Of a stretch of 64,000 bases of DNA, positions 59,146 to 64,000 are shown piece after piece (positions within the stretch are counted from its first letter, which is position 1; each line of letters opens with the position of its first letter). The translations under genes and the position numbers were made by a program. The stretch is from a virus. The stretch spans positions 1 to 64,000 of IMG/VR virus record IMGVR_UViG_3300025679_000001, one strand, 5' to 3'. The notes under the pieces are model-generated. The model was not told where the DNA came from. It saw nothing but the letters and a program-made list of their open reading frames with translations, and searched no databases.

Positions 59146-59394
59146 TCAGCTAACATTAACATTAACATCAATTTCCTCCTTGAGCTGGCAGTTTGGGTAG
59201 GCCTCCAGCGGTTGCCTTCTAGCTACGATATTATCATCTTTGACGCGCTTGTCAAGGTGTGCCTTGATGTCGTCTAACACACGGCCACACTCGAACCCTT
59301 TCGGACCGCAGAGGAGATAGGCACAGCACTCGTGTCCCATGCCTATCCCGCAGCGCTTCACTTCTTCTTTGGTGAGGAGGAGTTCCTTGCTCAT
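59146..59394 (-). CDS. Cys-rich small protein
   Basis: 82-aa ORF. CGIGMGHECCAYLLCGPKGFECG...YPNC. Confidence 0.45.
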   Translation of the reverse strand: MSKELLLTKEEVKRCGIGMGHECCAYLLCGPKGFECGRVLDDIKAHLDKRVKDDNIVARRQPLEAYPNCQLKEEIDVNVNVS

Positions 59395-61076
59395 CAGCGT
59401 GTACCGATGTTACCGAACGGGCTCTTCGTCTTCGCCGCGGCTTTCTTGTCAGCGACAGTCGTCGTTGCTGGCTTTCCGATCGTGTCGGAGTTCACGGCGT
59501 ACGCCTTGCGAGTAGAATTGCGCACGGCCTCGGCTTCCTTCGCGATCTCGTCCATCTTGACCCGCATCGACTCGATGCCCTCCTTGGTGATCTCGGTGGC
59601 TGAGGTCACGACCTGGCCGTAGCCCTGAAGGTCGTCGATAACCTTGGACAGCGCGTCGGCCTGCTCGTTGACGCCCATGGCCTGACGGATGGCTTCCTTC
59701 TGCGTCACAGCGTTGGTCGACTGTCGCATCTGGTCCATAGTGGTTCTGGCCATCGCTGACGACTCGCCGAGAGCGGCCATGGACACCGCCTGGAGGACGG
59801 TGCTGAGCCTGTCAGCAACGCCGGCCACTCCCTGCGAGTGCAGGATGCGGGCCGTGTTCATGTTGTCGGTGTTGTTGTCTCGCATGCCCTTAACGCGGAT
59901 CGCCTGGGTGGTGAGGTCGGCGTAGGTCGACATCGTGTCGACGGTGCTCGCGTCGACGGCCTTGATGTGCTGGTCGATCGAGAGCTTCTCGGACTCGCGA
60001 GTCATCTTGGCGATGGCGTCCTCGTCGGCCGGCCCTTCGGCCACCTTCTTGAGGAGGTCGCGGTTGTTGGCGTCGGCGGTCTTGAGCCCTTCCTGCATGA
60101 TGGCGTAGACGCCGGTCATGGAGTCGTTGGCGTCGGCGAGGGACTCGATCTGGCCGTTCATCTGGGTCAGGTGGTCGCGGATGCTGCCGATGCGGGACTT
60201 AGAGGTCTGCACGAAGTTGAGGGCCGTGGCGACTAAGTTCTGCTGGCGCTCCTTGTGCTCCTCGGACGAGATGTCCAAGAGCTCGCGGAGCTTCGCCTTC
60301 TGCTCGGCGAACTCGGGGTCATCGTCCTCGGGGGGCTTGGCCGAAGCTTCGAGAGTGACGGCCTCGCCGTTGAGCTTCCCGAGCTGCTCGTTGTCCTGGG
60401 CGATCGCTGCCTCCTCCCGGGCGATGTCCTCCTTGACGCTCTGCGGCAGTCCGCCGAACCCGAACAGGCCGCGCTTCGTCTTGAGGGCGGCGATTTGTTT
60501 CTGCTTCTCGGAGATGCTGTTGCTGATGTCGCCGACCTTGCCGTCGATCTCAGCCAAGTTCTTGCGACGCTCGTCCTCTTTCTGCCTGTCCTCGACGATA
60601 GCTTTGAAGGCGTCGAGCGTCATGCCGGACGTGCGGAGCTTGTAGACCGCGTCGATGATGTCGGTGAGAGGGCCCATGCCGTTCTCGAAGTCGATGAGGC
60701 CCTGGTTCATCTGGGAGTAGGTGTCCTTCAGCTCGGAGAAGGTGCCGGAGTCCGTGAGCTGGATGATCTCGGTCGCCATCGTCTCGCGCACGTTCTGCAG
60801 GTACTCCTTGAAGAGCTCCTGCTGGGCTACGTGCTCGCGGGACTCCTCCTTAGTACCAGTGAACGTCATCAGGGAGGCGAACTGCTTAGCTTTCTCCTTG
60901 GCGGAGAGCTTCTCGTTGAAGAGCACCTGGTAGAAGGGGTTGCTCTCGATGTCGGCGAAGCGGGGGTCGGCCACTACTGTGGACGTCTGTGTCTTCGCCT
61001 TTCCTCGCGCCTTCTGCACGTCGGCGAGGATCTCGTCGGCGGTAGTCCTTAACTTAGTCTTAGCTGATGTAGCCAT
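59394..61076 (-). CDS. long alpha-helical/coiled-coil protein
   Basis: 560-aa ORF, rich in A/E/K/Q/D/T, with no TM segment. The tentative TelA-like impression is unverified. Confidence 0.5.
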   Translation of the reverse strand: MATSAKTKLRTTADEILADVQKARGKAKTQTSTVVADPRFADIESNPFYQVLFNEKLSAKEKAKQFASLMTFTGTKEESREHVAQQELFKEYLQNVRETMATEIIQLTDSGTFSELKDTYSQMNQGLIDFENGMGPLTDIIDAVYKLRTSGMTLDAFKAIVEDRQKEDERRKNLAEIDGKVGDISNSISEKQKQIAALKTKRGLFGFGGLPQSVKEDIAREEAAIAQDNEQLGKLNGEAVTLEASAKPPEDDDPEFAEQKAKLRELLDISSEEHKERQQNLVATALNFVQTSKSRIGSIRDHLTQMNGQIESLADANDSMTGVYAIMQEGLKTADANNRDLLKKVAEGPADEDAIAKMTRESEKLSIDQHIKAVDASTVDTMSTYADLTTQAIRVKGMRDNNTDNMNTARILHSQGVAGVADRLSTVLQAVSMAALGESSAMARTTMDQMRQSTNAVTQKEAIRQAMGVNEQADALSKVIDDLQGYGQVVTSATEITKEGIESMRVKMDEIAKEAEAVRNSTRKAYAVNSDTIGKPATTTVADKKAAAKTKSPFGNIGTR

Positions 61077-61077
61077 G

Positions 61078-61542
61078 TTACTCTCCTTCGTTTTCAGTTA
61101 TTCTCGGTCGAGGGTTGTGCAGCCAACCGTAGTTAAGTAAGATCTCACCTCGCAGGACTCCCATCATCCTCTCGCGCTGGATTTTTTTGTCCATCGGTCT
61201 GGACCATCCGTCCGGGGTGAACAGCATGCTGCTTTCAAGGCCGGTAAGCTCCAACTCCTTTGCTGCAAAATCTCTGATATTATTAGGTAGATCGAAGACG
61301 TCGTCTGTAGTATCACCAGCAAAACCTTTTCCGTGCTTCAGCGCTGTCCATCCAGCTATGCAACAAGCAGTCCCGCAGTCATTAACTATAGCGTCCATTT
61401 CTTCCCGTGACCTATATCTCTTTGCTTGCGCCACTAAGACGTCGTGTGGAAATTTATTCTTGTCCTTGGGAAGGAACGTAGCCATGTCCACTTCCTTGTC
61501 GGCGATGAAGGTCGCCAGGTCGCACATCTTCTTATAGTTCAT
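61078..61542 (-). CDS. family-A small Cys-motif protein (paralogue 5)
   Basis: 154 aa. MNYKKMCDLATFIA...NDCGTACCIAGW...LELTGLESSMLFTP...RERMMGVLRGEILLNYGWL. Confidence 0.6.
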   Translation of the reverse strand: MNYKKMCDLATFIADKEVDMATFLPKDKNKFPHDVLVAQAKRYRSREEMDAIVNDCGTACCIAGWTALKHGKGFAGDTTDDVFDLPNNIRDFAAKELELTGLESSMLFTPDGWSRPMDKKIQRERMMGVLRGEILLNYGWLHNPRPRITENEGE

Positions 61543-61562
61543 AAGATTCTCCTCTGAAAAGC

Positions 61563-61591
61563 CCTATACACTAATTTTTTTAGACTGTAAA
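61563..61591 (-). promoter_or_regulatory. sigma70-type promoter TTTACA-N17-TATAGG
   Basis: TTTACA at 61591..61586. The spacer ends ttagtg. About 20 nt upstream of the GAGGAG RBS of ATG 61542. Confidence 0.5.
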
Positions 61592-61706
61592 CAGAAAAAC
61601 GGTCGTCGACCTTGTCCGCTATATGATAGTGTAGGGGACGGAGCTTCAGGACGACTTTGATTGCTTCCGCCGAGAGAGCCGTTTTCCCAGCGTGGATTAA
61701 ACCCCC

Positions 61707-61747
61707 AAAAAAGGTGGCCGGGCGCGAGGAGTCTCGCAGACCCGGCC
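61707..61747 (-). terminator. intrinsic terminator
   Basis: Stem 61716..61722/61741..61747 (7 bp) plus an inner 5 bp (61724..61728/61733..61737). On the minus strand it is followed by ACC-UUUUUU. Confidence 0.7.
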
Positions 61748-61790
61748 CGCGTTCCGGCCGAAGGAGGAGTTCTACCGGAGCGCGTTTTCG

Positions 61791-62732
61791 TTAAAGAGTC
61801 TTGACTCCCGGTGTGCTGTCGGTAGAGCCAGACTTCTTAGCAACGAGGCTCTTCGTAGCATCGGCCACGGCGATCGCGGTCGTTCCCGTCCACGCGCCGA
61901 CGACAGTGTCGTGGTCCTCACCGTTAACGATGCGGATGGTCGAGACGATCACCTCGGGGAGGGCCTTCAAATCTTTGAGGATGATGAGGTTCTGACCGAG
62001 CTTGGCCCAGTTCTTGCGCATGGCGTCCTCACCAGCGCGGCCGGCGTGACTTCCTTCCATGACGACGACGTGGAAGCAGTTGTACATCCTGGACGCCGCC
62101 TCGAAGAGGGTCATGTAGTCCATGTCCTCGGAGACCGGTTCGTCGCTTCCGAAGACCGTCTGGATTTCCTGCTTGGTCAGCTTGGTCGGCATGTTCTCGT
62201 CGCCGACGGTGAAGAGGAAGCCCTTCTGACCGCGCTTCTCGAAGGCGTCAGTCTTCGTCTTGAAGGCCGCCATGTAGAGGGGCAGATCATAGGACTCGGT
62301 GTTGTTGCCGCCGCCGTTGCCGGTGACGTACATCTTCTCGAGCTGCTTCACAGCTTCCATGTCGGACTCGAACTGCGAGACCTGGAGAGCCCGGGCGCCG
62401 ACGAACTTAACGTCGTCGAAGAACATAGTCATGATCGCGGGGTCCTCGACGGCTTTCTTGTCGACGAGCTCCTCGATGATGACGTTGAACTTTTTCATCG
62501 CCTCGTAGATAACGTCACCCATCGACCCGGTGCAGTCGAGGGCGAGGATGATCGGGAGCGACTTCGGGTTCAACACGGAGTCGCGGGCCTCGCGGACCTT
62601 AATGTTCTCCGGCTTGTGCCCGGAGTCGATGGTCGTAGACTTGAGGATGTCGTGGAGGCCCGTGGACGTCGCGTCCCCGCGCATCGTACTGTGGCTCATG
62701 TAGGCCGTAGACGAAAATCTTGAGTTACCCAT
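61791..62732 (-). CDS. von Willebrand factor A (vWA) domain protein
   Basis: 313-aa ORF. MIDAS elements ILALDCTGSMGD, GNGGGNNTES and FLFTVGDE. Confidence 0.7.
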   Translation of the reverse strand: MGNSRFSSTAYMSHSTMRGDATSTGLHDILKSTTIDSGHKPENIKVREARDSVLNPKSLPIILALDCTGSMGDVIYEAMKKFNVIIEELVDKKAVEDPAIMTMFFDDVKFVGARALQVSQFESDMEAVKQLEKMYVTGNGGGNNTESYDLPLYMAAFKTKTDAFEKRGQKGFLFTVGDENMPTKLTKQEIQTVFGSDEPVSEDMDYMTLFEAASRMYNCFHVVVMEGSHAGRAGEDAMRKNWAKLGQNLIILKDLKALPEVIVSTIRIVNGEDHDTVVGAWTGTTAIAVADATKSLVAKKSGSTDSTPGVKTL

Positions 62733-62737
62733 AACTA

Positions 62738-63751
62738 TTACTTCTCCTTCTTATACGCCTCCGCGGCCGGGTGGCCGAAGTCGACGAATTTCCTGACGCC
62801 GAAAGCGACCTCTCTGGCGCGCTCCCACTTAAAGTACTCCTGCACGGCGTCGTCGCAGCTCGGCGTGCTCAACCAGATGTCCATCGCTCGCGGAACGTCC
62901 TTGACGCCCTTGAGGCAGTACCTGGCGAGAGCCTTGACGCTCTCGAGGTCGATCCTAACATCAGCTCTCTTCTTTGTAAACAGCGAGTTTGGGACTGACG
63001 AGTGGACCCAGTTCGGGACCCTCTCTACTGTGGCGTTCCTAGGCTTGAAGAACCACCAACCTCCGACGACCTGGACGCTGTGCTTCTCGGTGTTGACGAA
63101 GACGTTCTGCGGGGTGAGGGCGAGGTGGACGATCTTCTGGGTGGACAAGAAGCACGTGAAGTCGCACAGGGATGACACGAGCCAAGCGACCGACCTTGGG
63201 TCCCACGGGCCCCACTTATTGACTACGTCCTCGAGAGCAGCAGAGGCTGCGTCCCTCTCTATAGTGACGAGCTGCTTTCCGTTTATCAGGGGGCTCTTGA
63301 AGAGTCGAGTCTCTACCGGGACGTACTTCCTAGCGTTCTCGAGAATGTTGTCCGGGGCGTAGCTGATGATGTTGTTCATCAGGTCGACGCCCTTTCTTAC
63401 GAAGGGTTCGTTCGGGAGGACACAAGCTAAGTGCGTTTCGGACACGTACTCGTCACCGAGGTCGCCGTTCCTCTTCTTGAGGTAACTATAAGCTACAGCA
63501 GCCGACGACGTGGTGAAGGTGACCGTGTTCTCACCGAAGCCAGTCCAGACCCCGGACTCCATCTCCTTGACGGCGCGCTCCCTCATCTTATTTAAGTTCG
63601 TGAAAGCGTCATTAGCCCGAGGGTCCCTGGACCTGTCGGGGTGAACGACTTTGGCGAGGTTCTTGAACCTCACATCGACGTCTACTGAGGTGAGGCACCC
63701 GGCGAAGATCCGGTGTATCTCTGGAGAGAGTGCGGTGTCGATGTCTGTCAT
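62738..63751 (-). CDS. J-domain protein fused to a kinase-like (probably catalytically dead) domain
   Basis: 337-aa ORF. The N-terminus FKNLAKVVHPDRSRDPRANDAFTNLNKM carries the HPD motif. The C-terminal part IVHLALTPQNVFV...VVGGWWF mimics the HRDLKPEN / DFG region with the catalytic Asp replaced. Confidence 0.55.
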   Translation of the reverse strand: MTDIDTALSPEIHRIFAGCLTSVDVDVRFKNLAKVVHPDRSRDPRANDAFTNLNKMRERAVKEMESGVWTGFGENTVTFTTSSAAVAYSYLKKRNGDLGDEYVSETHLACVLPNEPFVRKGVDLMNNIISYAPDNILENARKYVPVETRLFKSPLINGKQLVTIERDAASAALEDVVNKWGPWDPRSVAWLVSSLCDFTCFLSTQKIVHLALTPQNVFVNTEKHSVQVVGGWWFFKPRNATVERVPNWVHSSVPNSLFTKKRADVRIDLESVKALARYCLKGVKDVPRAMDIWLSTPSCDDAVQEYFKWERAREVAFGVRKFVDFGHPAAEAYKKEK

Positions 63752-63754
63752 GAT

Positions 63755-64000
63755 TCAGTGTCGCTTCTTTATGTCAAACTTCACTACCTTCAGTCTCGAG
63801 TCGACCTCTTCACCTCCGGTGTACTGTGAGATTACGCTGGTCGTGGTCGAGATGACTGAGTCAATGAGGTTAGCCACGTCAGTTTCACTGACCCCCTGGT
63901 GCATACAAGACTCCCTGAAGTTTAAGAGAGCCCCGACGAACCCTCCGACGATCCCAGCCTTAAGAGAGTCCGAGTCGATAACGCTACCTTCGTAGGACTC
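63755..64000 (-). CDS. hypothetical protein (partial, 5' end beyond right edge)
   Basis: Own translation, open to the edge: ...SLKAGIVGGFVGALLNFRESCMHQG...RLKVVKFDIKKRH. The stop TGA is at 63757..63755, 3 nt before the next ATG. Confidence 0.45.
   Translation of the reverse strand, partial: ESYEGSVIDSDSLKAGIVGGFVGALLNFRESCMHQGVSETDVANLIDSVISTTTSVISQYTGGEEVDSRLKVVKFDIKKRH

Noticed and set aside
59064-59156. 30-aa hydrophobic ORF (MLAEATTWPDVAVLAIPGIIFLGIVYLSSR) between the Cys-rich gene and the ClpB-like gene.
   Set aside because: It is very short, has no RBS, and overlaps the end of the 82-aa gene in another frame. The evidence is insufficient to annotate it.
1-64000. CRISPR arrays, integrases/transposases, rRNA.
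   Set aside because: No short regularly spaced direct repeats were seen. No tyrosine/serine recombinase or DDE motifs were seen in any ORF. No rRNA-like conserved strings were seen.

Overview
This window is a 64-kb slice of a large T4-superfamily-like tailed-phage genome. GC is roughly 53% by eye. It holds about 120 tightly packed genes, more than 90% on the minus strand, with pervasive ATGA/GTGA/TGATG start-stop coupling. Three T4-type core blocks are recognisable. The baseplate/tail block has gp5 (partial), a gp27-like hub, gp53, a gp48/54-like protein, gp4, gp2, a tail-tube-family protein, a gp26-like protein and a gp29-like tape measure. The replication and late-transcription block has gp32, gp59, gp33, RNase H, gp61 primase, a minimal ATP-dependent ligase and a RuvC-like resolvase. 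The nucleotide-metabolism genes are a class II RNR, glutaredoxin, dCMP deaminase, a divergent PurA-family enzyme and an R67/DfrB-type DHFR. RtcB, PhoH, one clean tRNA-Arg(CCT) and one atypical tRNA-like gene are also present. A GapR (DUF2312) homologue, -35-dominated TTGACA-N17-TA promoters and frequent AGG codons suggest an alphaproteobacterial host (inference). Points worth follow-up: (1) a roughly 400-nt pseudoknotted non-coding RNA or leader with its own promoter ahead of gp33-gp59-gp32; (2) a roughly 70-nt promoter-to-terminator sRNA candidate and a second structured 300-nt spacer; (3) a five-copy small Cys-motif protein family, including a 396-bp tandem duplication with conserved ends and a diverged core, plus a related two-copy family; (4) RtcB translationally coupled to a stand-alone CysRS C-terminal fragment; (5) a sugar-phosphate isomerase/kinase/mutase/glycosyltransferase module embedded among replication genes; (6) a chaperone/AAA+ island with a ClpB-like protein carrying a dead NBD1, an ARC/PAN-like unfoldase, a BCS1-like AAA, two J-proteins (one fused to a pseudokinase-like domain) and a vWA protein. 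All protein calls come from motif recognition by eye and memory. No database search, tRNA/RNA covariance model or folding program was run.
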